From: Gammaproteobacteria bacterium | GTDB taxonomy: Bacteria; Pseudomonadota; Gammaproteobacteria; SZUA-229 | Length of the DNA stretch: 64,000 nucleotides | Assembly (NCBI GenBank): GCA_013041745.1 | Contig: JABDRN010000035.1 | Location: 35,036-99,035 of the forward strand | Reading direction: 5' to 3' | Shown here: positions 1-9,490 of the stretch, piece after piece | Position numbering within the stretch: position 1 is the first letter of the stretch | Layout: each line of letters starts with the position of its first letter | Notes under the pieces: model-generated | The model's database searches: none | What the model saw: the letters and a program-made list of their open reading frames with translations, nothing else | What the model was told of the DNA's origin: nothing | Made by a program: the position numbers and the translations under genes

Positions 1-711
1 GGCGAAAGTTGTTTTACCCATCGATGGACGGCCGGCGACGATCACCAGGTCTGCCTCTTGCAGACCGGTAGTCATCTCGTCAAATTTATCAAAGCCGGTA
101 GAAACACCGGTAATACCGCCATCACTGTTAAACAGGTGGTCGATCTTATCGACGGTTTTTGACAGCAGCGATTTCATGTCCTGAAAACCGCCCTGACCGC
201 GTGCTCCCTGTTCAGCGATCTGAAAAACCTTTTTCTCAGCATCATCCAGCAGTTCCTTGCTGTCACGGCCTTCAGGCTGAAAGCCGCTGCCACTGATGTC
301 CGTGCCGATAGCAATAAGTTGTCGCAGTACTGATTTCTCACGCACGATATTGGCGTAAGCCACTATATTCGACGCACTGGGGGTATCTTTAGCCAGGCGT
401 CCGAGATATAAGAGACCGCCAGCCTGGTCAAGCTGTCCATTGTTCTCCAGGCACTGCGATAAGGTCACTGCATCAAACGGCTCATTTCGCGATTCCAGCT
501 CGCGTATGGCAGAGAACAGCAAACGGTGGTCATTGCGATAAAAATCTTCCTCGACCAGCTTGTCGGCGATCTGTTCCCAGGCGCGATTATCCAGTAGCAA
601 ACCACCGATAACTGCCTGCTCGGCCTCGACCGAATGCGGCGGTACACGCAGATTACTGGTCTGCTCATCGGGCATGATATCGGACGATGGGAATGTAACT
701 GTTTCTGACAT
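1..711 (-). CDS. dnaB: Replicative DNA helicase DnaB, N-terminal ~237 codons (the rest lies outside the window)
   Basis: Absent from the ORF track because it runs off the window edge. My own minus-strand translation from the ATG at 711..709 gives MSETVTFPSSDIMPDEQTSNLRVPPHSVEAEQAVIGGLLLDNRAWEQIADKLVEEDFYRNDHRLLFSAIRELESRNEPFDAVT. At the window edge it reads QEADLVIVAGRPSMGKTTFA, the DnaB Walker A region. It sits next to rplI, as is common. Confidence 0.9.
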   Translation of the reverse strand, partial: MSETVTFPSSDIMPDEQTSNLRVPPHSVEAEQAVIGGLLLDNRAWEQIADKLVEEDFYRNDHRLLFSAIRELESRNEPFDAVTLSQCLENNGQLDQAGGLLYLGRLAKDTPSASNIVAYANIVREKSVLRQLIAIGTDISGSGFQPEGRDSKELLDDAEKKVFQIAEQGARGQGGFQDMKSLLSKTVDKIDHLFNSDGGITGVSTGFDKFDEMTTGLQEADLVIVAGRPSMGKTTFA

Positions 712-845
712 AACCTAACCTTATTAATATGTCATCGATTATAAAGACTGAAAACTGAGAGCGAAAGTTATTTTTCTGATTAATGCGTTTTGAGCTACAG
801 AGGTCAGAGGGCACAGCGGTCACTGATAAAAGAATTATACTATTC

Positions 846-873
846 CGTCATTGCGAGCGGAGCGCGGCAATGA
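846..873. repeat. Hairpin repeat gtcattgcgagcggagcgcggcaatgac, copy 1 of a family also seen at 31412-31481
   Basis: Read directly: 8-bp terminal arms gtcattgc/gcaatgac. The core cattgcgagcggagcgcggcaatg matches the reverse complement of 31458-31481 at 22 of 24 positions. Flanked by an imperfect inverted repeat (aggtcagagg ... cctttgacct). Confidence 0.5.
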
Positions 874-918
874 CAGCAACAGAAAAGGTCTCTGTACCTT
901 TGACCTGATTGTTTCCAT

Positions 919-943
919 AAAAAAGGCCCGCATGGTGCGGGCC
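919..943 (-). terminator. Rho-independent terminator downstream of rplI
   Basis: Stem ggcccgc (925-931) / gcgggcc (937-943), 5-nt loop, then a run of six A on the plus strand (919-924), which is a U-tract for the minus-strand transcript. Lies 27 nt after the rplI stop. Confidence 0.7.
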
Positions 944-969
944 TTTGAGCATCAGTGCCAGAAGTGGCT

Positions 970-1425
970 TTAGGCTTCTTCCTGGCCGATGATGGTGATC
1001 TTTGCTATCGCGTCGACATCCGTGTGCAGATGCAGCGTGATCTCGTACTCACCTGCCTGACGTATCGGGCCCTCAGGAAGACGTACCTCACGTTTTTCAA
1101 CCTCGACACCTCCTTCTGTGATTGCAGCAGCGATATCAATATTGCCGACCGAACCGAATAATTTACCTTCGGTACCCGATTTGGCTGTGATGCTGATACT
1201 CAATGCCTCGATCTGGTCACGGCGTTTCTCAGCAGCTGCTAGTGCTTCAGCGGCCATTTTTTCAAATTCAGCACGGCGTGATTCGATCTCGGCCTTGTTA
1301 GCCTCGGTAGCAACTTTAGCCTTGCCCTGAGGTAACAGATAGTTACGTGCAAAACCGGCTTTTACATTAACCAGATCTCCAATACCGCCTAGACGATCAA
1401 TTTTTTCAAATAAGATGACTTCCAT
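970..1425 (-). CDS. rplI: 50S ribosomal protein L9
   Basis: MEVILFEKIDRLGGIGDLVNVKAGFARNYLLPQGKA is a canonical L9 N-terminus. 151 aa. Sits between rpsR and dnaB. Confidence 0.95.
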   Translation of the reverse strand: MEVILFEKIDRLGGIGDLVNVKAGFARNYLLPQGKAKVATEANKAEIESRRAEFEKMAAEALAAAEKRRDQIEALSISITAKSGTEGKLFGSVGNIDIAAAITEGGVEVEKREVRLPEGPIRQAGEYEITLHLHTDVDAIAKITIIGQEEA

Positions 1426-1472
1426 CTTTCTAACCTCAGTTCAAATTCGTTATGTTCAAATATTTTAATAAA

Positions 1473-2378
1473 TCATGTTTTATCAGCCACTTGACCGATA
1501 CGTTGCCGTAAATCCAGCCACGGGTCTGCAAAGCCTGCAAGCATCAGCAACAACAGCACATGCGGTACAAAAAACATGATCAGGTAGATCAAGAATAACC
1601 ATGCCGCATTAACTTGCCGTATATTTATTGCCGCATGCAATAACGACAATGCCTGTATTCCATACAGTACAAATACCACTGTCACCATCGCAAGTGCAAA
1701 CACAGTGTCTACAATCGCTGCTATGAGCATTAATGCCATCGCGCACAGTGCAGAAACCTTTCCCAGGTTCAAGCTTCGAAACTCTTTACCAAATCCGCCA
1801 GGATTATAAAACACCGCCTGCCACCATCGTCCCAGAAACAGGCTTAGCATCGTACCGAACATGATGCTACTGGCAAACAGACCCGGCAAAAAGGCAATTA
1901 TCCAGTCCTCGGTCTGTTTCAGTTCTGCCAGAGTAAAATCCGTGGACTGCTCTGCCAGCTGTTTGACCATTATATCCAGCGGTTCCCGCCAGAGTTCTCC
2001 CATATTAGGGTACAGCACATAGAGCATCACCACTGCCAACAGACTCATCAATGTCAGTACCTGCAGGCTAAAAGCCAATGATACTGTCTGCCTTAATATC
2101 GAGGCGATCAACCAGGCCGGCAACCAGGCGATGAGTACAAATATCACTGCCACTTCTGGCGCTGAAAAGATCAGGAACGCAAAGAGTGCAGCTCCAAGCA
2201 GCGACAAAGCCGTGGTGATCAGGCCGCTCTTAGGGCCATTAACCAGTGTCACCAGTACTATCGCAGCTGCGCTAATCCATGCTGCCGGTGGTACGACCAG
2301 GCCTAAAATTGCCATCGACGCTGTCACCAGCGCCGCCTGACTTTGACCTTTTAAAATAAATCTTGCCAGAAATAACAC
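1473..2378 (-). CDS. Polytopic inner-membrane protein of unknown function (possibly DUF2232/YybS-like, judged from its position between rpsR and rplI)
   Basis: 301 aa, almost entirely hydrophobic helices. A membrane protein occupies the same slot in Pseudomonas (rpsR-x-rplI), and yybS lies near rplI in Bacillus. The family assignment is inferred, not tested. Confidence 0.55.
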   Translation of the reverse strand: MLFLARFILKGQSQAALVTASMAILGLVVPPAAWISAAAIVLVTLVNGPKSGLITTALSLLGAALFAFLIFSAPEVAVIFVLIAWLPAWLIASILRQTVSLAFSLQVLTLMSLLAVVMLYVLYPNMGELWREPLDIMVKQLAEQSTDFTLAELKQTEDWIIAFLPGLFASSIMFGTMLSLFLGRWWQAVFYNPGGFGKEFRSLNLGKVSALCAMALMLIAAIVDTVFALAMVTVVFVLYGIQALSLLHAAINIRQVNAAWLFLIYLIMFFVPHVLLLLMLAGFADPWLDLRQRIGQVADKT

Positions 2379-2473
2379 TCACGCACCTCGATAAAGTGTC
2401 AGTTCTTTCTCACCCGTATTATAAAACAAGATCAGGCAAGAACAGACAACCTTACAACTATCTGCAGACAGGC

Positions 2474-2701
2474 TTATTGATGACTATCTGTGTAAGGCAT
2501 AAGCGCAAGATAACGCGAAACTTTTATCGCTTTAGTCAATTTACGCTGATATTTTGCTTTTGTGCCGGTGATACGTGCTGGCACGATCTTGCCACTTTCA
2601 GATACGAAAGATTTAAGTAGTTCGATATCTTTGTAATCTACGTCTGTAATACCTTCTGCAGTAAAACGACAATAACGTTTACGTCTAAAATTTGCTGCCA
2701 T
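2474..2701 (-). CDS. rpsR: 30S ribosomal protein S18
   Basis: 75 aa. [42 protein letters not shown] is a typical S18 sequence. Confidence 0.95.
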   Translation of the reverse strand: MAANFRRKRYCRFTAEGITDVDYKDIELLKSFVSESGKIVPARITGTKAKYQRKLTKAIKVSRYLALMPYTDSHQ

Positions 2702-2710
2702 TATCTTCTC

Positions 2711-3151
2711 CTACTCTGCAGGTGCTGATTCTTCAGCATCGGTACTTTCATTACTTTTTTCAGCGGCAGCTTCAGGAGCTGGACGTGAAGCGCGTTCTGC
2801 TGCTGCTTTTTTCTCAGCGGCATCTTCTTCATTCTTCGCTTTGGCCAGTGCAGACATGTCTGTAATCGCTTCGTCACGCTTCATGATCAGGTTACGGATA
2901 ACAGCATCATTGAATCTGAAAGCTGTCTCGATCTCGTCACGCACGCTCTGATCACACTCAACGTTCATCAGCACGTAATGAGCTTTGTGAATCTTGTTTA
3001 TCGGGTAAGCAAGCTGACGACGGCCCCAGTCTTCCAGACGGTGTACTTTACCGCCATTTGATTCGACTGATGATTTATAACGCTCGATCATCGCTGGCAC
3101 TTGTTCGCTCTGGTCTGGATGCACCAGAAATACGATTTCGTAGTGACGCAT
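2711..3151 (-). CDS. rpsF: 30S ribosomal protein S6 (start placed at internal MRHYEIVF rather than the ORF-track start)
   Basis: [25 protein letters not shown] is the conserved S6 N-terminus. This ATG is at 3151..3149 and is preceded by gagagga. Acidic C-terminal tail. Confidence 0.9.
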   Translation of the reverse strand: MRHYEIVFLVHPDQSEQVPAMIERYKSSVESNGGKVHRLEDWGRRQLAYPINKIHKAHYVLMNVECDQSVRDEIETAFRFNDAVIRNLIMKRDEAITDMSALAKAKNEEDAAEKKAAAERASRPAPEAAAEKSNESTDAEESAPAE

Positions 3152-3243
3152 AGTGTTCCTCTCGGTTAAAGCCCCCCATCGTTTCTCTGTTTCTGACAGA
3201 CAAGGCGTGGTGGAGCAAGGGATATTCAAATTGTAGGGCGCGA

Positions 3244-3272
3244 ATTATAGACTTAAGCAGAGCTTAAGTCTA
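3244..3272 (-). promoter_or_regulatory. Candidate sigma70 promoter of rpsF-rpsR embedded in a 13-bp-arm palindrome
   Basis: On the minus strand: TAGACT (3272..3267), 17-nt spacer, TATAAT (3249..3244), then a GC-rich discriminator tcgcgccc. The palindrome 3245-3257/3263-3275 covers both hexamers. Confidence 0.35.
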
Positions 3273-3276
3273 TAAC

Positions 3277-3386
3277 AATGAAAAACGAAAAATGAAAAAT
3301 GAAAAACATATGAAAAACAATTAGTTACACTAGCCAAACCAATTAAACTGCTTTCATTTTTCAGTTTTCATTATTCATTTTTCATT
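3277..3386. repeat. Inverted repeat built from TGAAAAA-type heptamer tracts (arms 3277-3318 and 3351-3386)
   Basis: The left arm is aatgaaaaacgaaaaatgaaaaatgaaaaacatatgaaaaac. The right arm is ctttcatttttcagttttcattattcatttttcatt, an imperfect reverse complement. Lies between the cysS stop and the rpsF promoter. Confidence 0.6.
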
Positions 3387-4779
3387 AAGACCGTCTCCAG
3401 ACGGTCTTCCCGTCCTTGTCTTCCAGCACGATGCCCATGGCATCGAGCTCATCACGGATACGGTCGGCTTCCGCCCAGTCCTTGTTCTCCCGTGCCGTAT
3501 TCCTGGCCTCGATCAGCGCATCGATATCGACGTCACTGTCGGTTTCAGCGGCAGCGGCATGCAAAAACTGCTCTGGATCCTGCTCCAGCAGACCCAGCAC
3601 ATTGGCCAGTTTTTTCAGTACCGCGGCTTTCTTCACCGCTGCATCCACGTCCGTGTCACGTAATTTATTGACCTGGTTGGCCAGATCAAATATCACCGCC
3701 AGCGCTTCCGGGGTATTAAAGTCATCATCCATGGCCTGTTTGAACCTGGTCACGGCCCCATCATTTTCGTCGTAATCTGCGGGCACATCCAGATCACGCA
3801 GGGTATTGTAAAGACGCGACAGCGCAGTTCGTGCCGTGTCCAGCAGCTGGTCGGAATAATTCAGCGGGCTGCGGTACTGGCTGGCCAGCACGAAATAGCG
3901 GATCTCTTCTCCTTTGTATAACTTCAAGATCTCCCTCACGGTAAAGAAATTACCCAGAGACTTGGACATCTTTTCATCGTCGATACGGACGAAACCATTG
4001 TGCATCCACAGGTTGACGAATGTCTCACCGGTGGCCGCTTCTGACTGAGCGATCTCATTCTCATGATGTGGGAACTGCAGATCCTGGCCGCCACCATGGA
4101 TATCGAAATGATTACCCAGGCAGCAGGTCGACATCGCCGAACACTCGATATGCCAGCCTGGACGACCTTTACCCCACGGAGAATCCCATGAAGGCTCACC
4201 GGGTTTGGCGGCTTTCCACAACACGAAGTCCAGCGGATCATCCTTGTTTTCATCGACGGCTACGCGTTCGCCGGCACGCAGGTCTTCCAGCTTTTTACCC
4301 GACAGCTTGCCGTAATCCTCAAAGGTGCTGACATCAAAATAAACATCGCCGTTACCGGCTTCTGTTTTAGCAGCATAAGCATGACCCTTATCGACCAGGG
4401 TCTGCACCATGTCGATAATGTCTTTCATCGAAGACGTGGCACGAGGCTCCTCATCGGGCGACAGAACACCTAGTTCCGCAGCATCCTCATGCATCGCCTG
4501 TATAAAACGCTCTGTTAGGGCAGAAAATTCTTCGCCATTCTCATTGGCACGATTGATGATCTTGTCATCGATATCAGTAATATTTCGAACATAAGTCACA
4601 TCGTAACCGCTGAAGCGCAGGTAACGCGTCACCGCATCGAACACGACCAGTACACGGGCATGCCCCAGGTGACACAGATCGTAAACCGTCATGCCACAGA
4701 CATACATCCTCACCTTGCCGGGCTCGATTGGTGTAAAAACTTCCTTCTTCCTGGTCTGACTGTTGTGTATCTTTAACAT
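3385..4779 (-). CDS. cysS: Cysteine--tRNA ligase
   Basis: 464 aa. [20 protein letters not shown] (HIGH-type motif) and KMSKSLGN are present. Confidence 0.95.
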   Translation of the reverse strand: MLKIHNSQTRKKEVFTPIEPGKVRMYVCGMTVYDLCHLGHARVLVVFDAVTRYLRFSGYDVTYVRNITDIDDKIINRANENGEEFSALTERFIQAMHEDAAELGVLSPDEEPRATSSMKDIIDMVQTLVDKGHAYAAKTEAGNGDVYFDVSTFEDYGKLSGKKLEDLRAGERVAVDENKDDPLDFVLWKAAKPGEPSWDSPWGKGRPGWHIECSAMSTCCLGNHFDIHGGGQDLQFPHHENEIAQSEAATGETFVNLWMHNGFVRIDDEKMSKSLGNFFTVREILKLYKGEEIRYFVLASQYRSPLNYSDQLLDTARTALSRLYNTLRDLDVPADYDENDGAVTRFKQAMDDDFNTPEALAVIFDLANQVNKLRDTDVDAAVKKAAVLKKLANVLGLLEQDPEQFLHAAAAETDSDVDIDALIEARNTARENKDWAEADRIRDELDAMGIVLEDKDGKTVWRRS

Positions 4780-4936
4780 AGGCTCGATTAATGAAAAAAA
4801 AGATGCGGAATATTAACGGATATACAGCTGGAGCGCTAACCAATAACATATCAACTAATATACGACAGGCGAAGCGTTCAACTCATTTCAAATCCGTTGC
4901 TACGTTACAACACCGCGTTTGCCAGACCAGCACCAG

Positions 4937-5338
4937 CTACTTTGGTACTTTAAGAATGTCCCTTAATGTGTCATCACTAAGTAGTGTATCTCGAGTCTCA
5001 CGCTTGTCATTAGTGAAATGACCATTGTCTATTGCCCATTGGTTAGCCTTACGACGAAGCTCACCGATAACACCATAGGCATGAGGGTTCTCATGTTCTT
5101 TCCATAGCGTGAGAAAGTATTCGCGCATAGCCTTGTTTCTTATCTTAACCCTGGTCTTATTCGATAATTCACGGGAGCGACGAATTACGACTTCTTTGTT
5201 TCTCAAACTGGCAAAGTCTAAAAATGCCTTACTGTTACGTTCAGCAATTTCTCTCCATTCATCTGCACGGACTATTTCAGCTTCGAGCATTTCTTTCAGT
5301 AGAGTAATCTCTGCTTCTAGTTCTGATTTAGTCGGCAT
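4937..5338 (-). CDS. Hypothetical protein (coiled-coil N-terminus), orphan. Start placed at MPTKSEL.
   Basis: Open frame of 134 codons from the ATG at 5338. I recognise no motif. The region looks AT-richer by eye and lies next to an integrase remnant. Confidence 0.45.
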   Translation of the reverse strand: MPTKSELEAEITLLKEMLEAEIVRADEWREIAERNSKAFLDFASLRNKEVVIRRSRELSNKTRVKIRNKAMREYFLTLWKEHENPHAYGVIGELRRKANQWAIDNGHFTNDKRETRDTLLSDDTLRDILKVPK

Positions 5339-5447
5339 TATTAACTCCTGGTTGAGCAACATTAGACTGAGAGTTGGCGTCTAACTGGACAGCCAAAACC
5401 GTACCAGAGCATATCAGCAGCAAATATAAGACGAGTAGTTTCTTCAT
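5328..5447 (-). CDS. Possible 39-aa secreted or lipo-peptide ORF overlapping the start of the downstream ORF
   Basis: My own translation is MKKLLVLYLLLICSGTVLAVQLDANSQSNVAQPGVNNAD. It has a signal-peptide-like N-terminus, and its stop overlaps the next ATG (ATGccgacTAA). Too short for the ORF track and may be spurious. Confidence 0.2.
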   Translation of the reverse strand: MKKLLVLYLLLICSGTVLAVQLDANSQSNVAQPGVNNAD

Positions 5448-5484
5448 ATTGATTCTTTATGAACTGGTCTGAAAAGTATAACAG

Positions 5485-5741
5485 TTACAGTAGCGGATAG
5501 AAAAATTCTGAACCTCCGCTAACGCCCCTAAAGCAGACAGTTAGTCTCACCTGCTTTAAACCGATGCCAGGATATTCAGCAATCGTCGTTACAATAACCA
5601 TTCCATCGTGTTTTTTGCGTATAATCCACTTCCTGGGACCACCTGTCGAAGCCTTAGATTTAGCGCATTGCTAACATTTAACATCTGACCCTGAATTTCA
5701 GGTTTGGCAGCTTGAACTTTGGCTTCAGTTAGTTTCCATAT
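5485..5741 (-). pseudogene. Remnant of a P4-type tyrosine integrase (N-terminal Arm DNA-binding region only, with a frameshift and no intact start)
   Basis: Minus-strand translation gives KLTEAKVQAAKPEIQGQMLNVSNALNLRL. After a 1-nt frame change near 5652 it continues STGGPRKWIIRKKHDGMVIVTTIAEYPGIGLKQVRL. This follows the MKLTDxxIxxAKP...GLxLxV...GxKxWxxRY...GK...LGxYPxxSLxxAR pattern of P4-like integrases. The catalytic domain is absent. Confidence 0.55.
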
Positions 5742-5856
5742 GCCTGATATCTTACACTAACCGGGTACACCGCATGTTTGCTTACCCCCTGAATACTGGT
5801 AAATACAGGTGTAAACATAGTGACATATATTACAAAGATTTAAGAGATATAATCCA

Positions 5857-6324
5857 ATGATAAAAGTATTATTCGTCTGTATGGGCAATATCTGCCGCTC
5901 ACCGACAGCTGAAGGCGTTTTCCGGCACATGGTCGAACAGCTGGACACAGGACGCCAGATTTCCATCGATTCTGCCGGTACCCACGCATACCATGTTGGC
6001 AATTCACCAGACCCCCGTGCACAGGATGCCGCACGCAAGCGCAACATTGACTTGAGCAGCCAGCGTGCGAGGCGCGTCAGTGCAGATGATTTTATTGAGT
6101 TTGATTATGTCATCGCCATGGATGAGAGCAATAAATACGACCTCTTATCTATCTGCCCTTCTGGTTATGAAGAACGCGTTCACCTGTTCCTCGATTTTGC
6201 AGAGGTTAATGAGTCAGAAGTACCAGATCCATATTATGGCCAGGGACGTGGTTTTGAAATCGTTCTGGACCTGGTAGAAAATGCATCTGCTGGATTACTC
6301 GAGCATATCAACAAAAATCATTGA
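5857..6324 (+). CDS. Low-molecular-weight protein-tyrosine phosphatase
   Basis: Has the P-loop VLFVCMGNICRSP (CX5R-S) and the DPYY loop. 155 aa. Confidence 0.9.
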   Translation: MIKVLFVCMGNICRSPTAEGVFRHMVEQLDTGRQISIDSAGTHAYHVGNSPDPRAQDAARKRNIDLSSQRARRVSADDFIEFDYVIAMDESNKYDLLSICPSGYEERVHLFLDFAEVNESEVPDPYYGQGRGFEIVLDLVENASAGLLEHINKNH

Positions 6325-6494
6325 GCTGTCACTCATTCAAAAACAGCTACGCATGGTAGCTTCGCTGCCATTCCCCAGTAGATAGAGGTAAATAAAGACG
6401 TTAGTAAGTGCCGGCTACAGCTGGAACTCCTTATTAAGTAATACCACCATACATACTAATGCGATCCTGCAACCCGCAACTTTAAGCGATATCC

Positions 6495-8876
6495 CTAGTC
6501 ATCAATAACTGAAGTCGCCGGCCTGTTCTCATTTGAGGACGGCTGTTTTTCTACATCTTTCTTTACCGCTTTTTCTGTCATCTTCGTTTGGTCTTGCTTT
6601 GGCTTGTTTTCTGCAACGGCTTTTGTAGAAGTATTTTTATCTGCTGACGGTTTGTCGGCAGCGGCTTTACTCTTGGCTGAAGAATCCCTTGTCGATGTTT
6701 TCTTCTCCTCAGTAGCAGTAGACTGTCGAGCTTCAGCAGGTGTCGACTTTACTTCTTTAGCCGGCTGCTGTTTCACCGATGATGAGTCAGCGGCATTTTT
6801 TTTATTTGTCTCAGTAGTCTTTGCTTCAGTCAGCTTCGAATCAGTATTTTTCGAACGGTTACTCGGCCGGCGACGACGGTTACGGCTGGACTTTTTTGCC
6901 GGCGGCTGGCCACTGGTTTGCGCTGAATCTTTTGACTGATCAGTAGCGTCTTTCGATTGCCTGGATGCGGTAGATTTAGATGTGCCCTGTTTACCAGCCT
7001 GCTTTTTAGCCTGACCGGATGCACCCTTTCCTGAGCCACGACTCGCATCAGATTGACGGTTACGGCTGCGGCCTCGTCCACGATTACTGCGACTACGGTT
7101 TTGACCACCACTACTGCGCTGATTGCGATTGCGACTTGACCTGGCCTGTTGCGCGGTTTTCTTTGGCTCTTCTTTTTCTTCCTTGTCGCCACTGAAGATA
7201 GAAACGATTTTTCCCAGCAATCCCGTACTGCTGGCTTTAGGTTCAACGACGGTCGGGGTAGCAGCAGGACGCTGCCCCGGCGAAATTGAAGAAACAGCAG
7301 CCTTTTCCAGCTGTATCGGTTTTTCCTGTGTTACATCCACAGTGTACTGTTCATCTTTTTCTGCGCGCTGGTAACTGGCAGTTTCATCATTTTCGTCGTG
7401 TTCACTCTTACGCACCCGCTCAACTTTATACTGTGGTGTTTCCAGTGTCGGATTAGCCACGATCAGAACGTGTACACCCGTCTGTTTTTCAGTATCGAGT
7501 ATCGCCTGTCGCTTCTCATTGAGGATATAGGTGGCCACATCGACAGGTACCTGAATATCGACACGGGCAGTTCCCGCTTTCAATGCTTCTTCCTCGATAA
7601 TCCTAACAAGTGATAGTGATAATGATTCGACCGTGCGAATGGTACCCTGGCCTGTACAGCGAGGACATACGATCTGGGTCGATTCTCCCAGGGAAGGCTT
7701 CAATCTTTGACGTGACATCTCAAGCAGTCCAAAACGTGAGATACGACCAATCTGGACTCGTGCCCGATCCACCTGAACCGCCGCATTCAGCCGGTTTTCC
7801 ACCTCGCGCTGGTTCCGATTATTCATCATGTCGATGAAGTCGATCACGACAAGACCGCCCAGGTCACGCAGACGTAACTGCCTGGCGATCTCATCAGCGG
7901 CTTCGAGGTTAGTATTGGTCGCGGTCTCTTCGATGTCGCCACCTTTGGTAGCGCGAGCCGAGTTGATATCGATCGAGATCAGTGCCTCGGTATGGTCGAT
8001 CACGATGGCACCCCCGGAAGGTAGCGTCACCTCACGCCGATACGCCGATTCGATCTGGTTCTCGACCTGGAAACGGTTGAACAAAGGCACCGTATCATCA
8101 TAATATTTGATCTTGTTGACACTGTTCGGCATCACCTGTTCGACAAAGTCCATCGCCTGCTCATAAACTTCTTTCGAGTCGATCAGCACCTCGGCGATTT
8201 CACTCCTGAAATAATCTCGCAGCGCACGTGTAGTAACGTCACTTTCCTGATAGATCAGGAACGGCGCAGGCCTGGCGGCAGCAGCTTTTTCAAACGCTGT
8301 CCATAGCTGCAGCAGGTAATCCAGGTCCCACTGCAGTTCTTCTGTATTTCGTCCGACACCAGCAGTGCGAACGATCAAGCCCATACCATTTGGCACTTCC
8401 AGCTTACTCAGCGCTTCGCGTATCAGATTGCGATCCTCTCCCTCTATTCGACGAGAGACGCCGCCGGCACGAGGATTATTTGGCATCAGCACGAGATAAC
8501 GCCCGGCCAGGCTGATGAAGGTCGTTAACGCAGCACCTTTATTGCCACGCTCTTCTTTTTCCACCTGGATGACGATTTCCTGGCCTTCTTTGATAGCAGT
8601 ACGTATATCAGGACGGCCGGAAGACTTCTGTGCTTCCTCGGTGAAATACATGCGTGAGACTTCCTTGAAAGGCAGGAAGCCATGGCGCTCAGCACCATAA
8701 TCGACAAAACAAGCCTCTAGACTGGGCTCGACGCGGGTAATTTTACCCTTATAAACGTTGGATTTTTTCTGTTCTCGAGATGGGACTTCGACGTCCAGAT
8801 CGTAAAGTTGCTGACCATCGACCATGGCCACACGTACTTCTTCTTTCTGGACTGCATTGATAAGTATTCTTTTCAT
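6495..8876 (-). CDS. rne: Ribonuclease E (catalytic N-terminal half plus an Arg/Ser/Lys-rich disordered tail)
   Basis: [30 protein letters not shown]...[23 protein letters not shown] (S1 domain). Has the CPRCTGQG zinc link and an R/S/N-rich segment [30 protein letters not shown]. Divergent from rluC, as in E. coli and Pseudomonas. Confidence 0.95.
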   Translation of the reverse strand: MKRILINAVQKEEVRVAMVDGQQLYDLDVEVPSREQKKSNVYKGKITRVEPSLEACFVDYGAERHGFLPFKEVSRMYFTEEAQKSSGRPDIRTAIKEGQEIVIQVEKEERGNKGAALTTFISLAGRYLVLMPNNPRAGGVSRRIEGEDRNLIREALSKLEVPNGMGLIVRTAGVGRNTEELQWDLDYLLQLWTAFEKAAAARPAPFLIYQESDVTTRALRDYFRSEIAEVLIDSKEVYEQAMDFVEQVMPNSVNKIKYYDDTVPLFNRFQVENQIESAYRREVTLPSGGAIVIDHTEALISIDINSARATKGGDIEETATNTNLEAADEIARQLRLRDLGGLVVIDFIDMMNNRNQREVENRLNAAVQVDRARVQIGRISRFGLLEMSRQRLKPSLGESTQIVCPRCTGQGTIRTVESLSLSLVRIIEEEALKAGTARVDIQVPVDVATYILNEKRQAILDTEKQTGVHVLIVANPTLETPQYKVERVRKSEHDENDETASYQRAEKDEQYTVDVTQEKPIQLEKAAVSSISPGQRPAATPTVVEPKASSTGLLGKIVSIFSGDKEEKEEPKKTAQQARSSRNRNQRSSGGQNRSRSNRGRGRSRNRQSDASRGSGKGASGQAKKQAGKQGTSKSTASRQSKDATDQSKDSAQTSGQPPAKKSSRNRRRRPSNRSKNTDSKLTEAKTTETNKKNAADSSSVKQQPAKEVKSTPAEARQSTATEEKKTSTRDSSAKSKAAADKPSADKNTSTKAVAENKPKQDQTKMTEKAVKKDVEKQPSSNENRPATSVIDD

Positions 8877-9490
8877 GTGCAGTTAAACCTGTTATTGCTT
8901 CCGCTTTCATAGCACCTTTAACATCTTGTGACAGGATGTCTTGTAACAAGCGACCTGTATACTGCAATGCGCAAAGAGCAACAAGTATCAGCCCTATCAT
9001 CAAGACAGGGGCAAACGATACTGACTCTGGCAGAGTAATGGCGTCAGAAGGGTAGAAAATCGGAAAAATCATTAATCGTATATAGTTTTTTGTACTAGTT
9101 AGTCTGTAGCTGCAAGCTGTATTGAATGGATATAAAAAACAGTGCGAGCAGATACATAAAATCAGTTTTTACCGACAGCAGCCTCATTTAAAATTAACAC
9201 TTCTGCTTAGAAATGCTTCGAACTGGCTGGCATCATCGGTATATTTGTAGCGAAAATGCTACCTCGACGACCTTTCATCGAGCATCTATTCCATTAGTTG
9301 GCCTTTTATTTTTTTGTGTCTGGCAAAATTCCTTGCAAATGCAACAGCTTATAAAAATAACATCTTTGCTGGCATCTGACCGCACAAGTCTGTCAAAATG
9401 CGAGCCTCCGGTCAACTAAAATTAGTCATTCGTCAAAATCGCTACCTGCAGATACTCTATATTCGAGCCAGGTCACCCCGAAAATAAATT
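8877..9490. promoter_or_regulatory. Long rne/rluC divergent intergenic region, probably holding the rne promoter(s) and a long 5' leader
   Basis: 614 bp with no convincing ORF. In enterobacteria a long structured rne 5' UTR mediates autoregulation. I did not map any specific hairpins here. Confidence 0.4.

Noticed and set aside
2576-2590. Sigma54-like TGGCAC-N-TTGC string (tggcacgatcttgc)
   Set aside because: The GG-to-GC spacing is one nucleotide too short. The string also lies inside rpsR coding sequence on the antisense strand.
2701-2711. Absence of priB or ssb between rpsF and rpsR
   Set aside because: A direct rpsF-rpsR junction is normal outside enterobacteria, for example in Pseudomonas-type gene order. 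It is not an anomaly.
6495-7300. Extreme K/S/T/A/R-rich C-terminal third of RNase E
   Set aside because: Disordered, compositionally biased scaffold regions are the rule for RNase E, so only their length and sequence vary. I do not treat it as a separate feature.
8749-9419. ORFs 8749..9072 (minus strand) and 9213..9419 (plus strand) in and around the rne start and leader
   Set aside because: The first overlaps the rne N-terminus out of frame. The second sits in the expected long rne 5' leader. Neither has a motif or a convincing start context.
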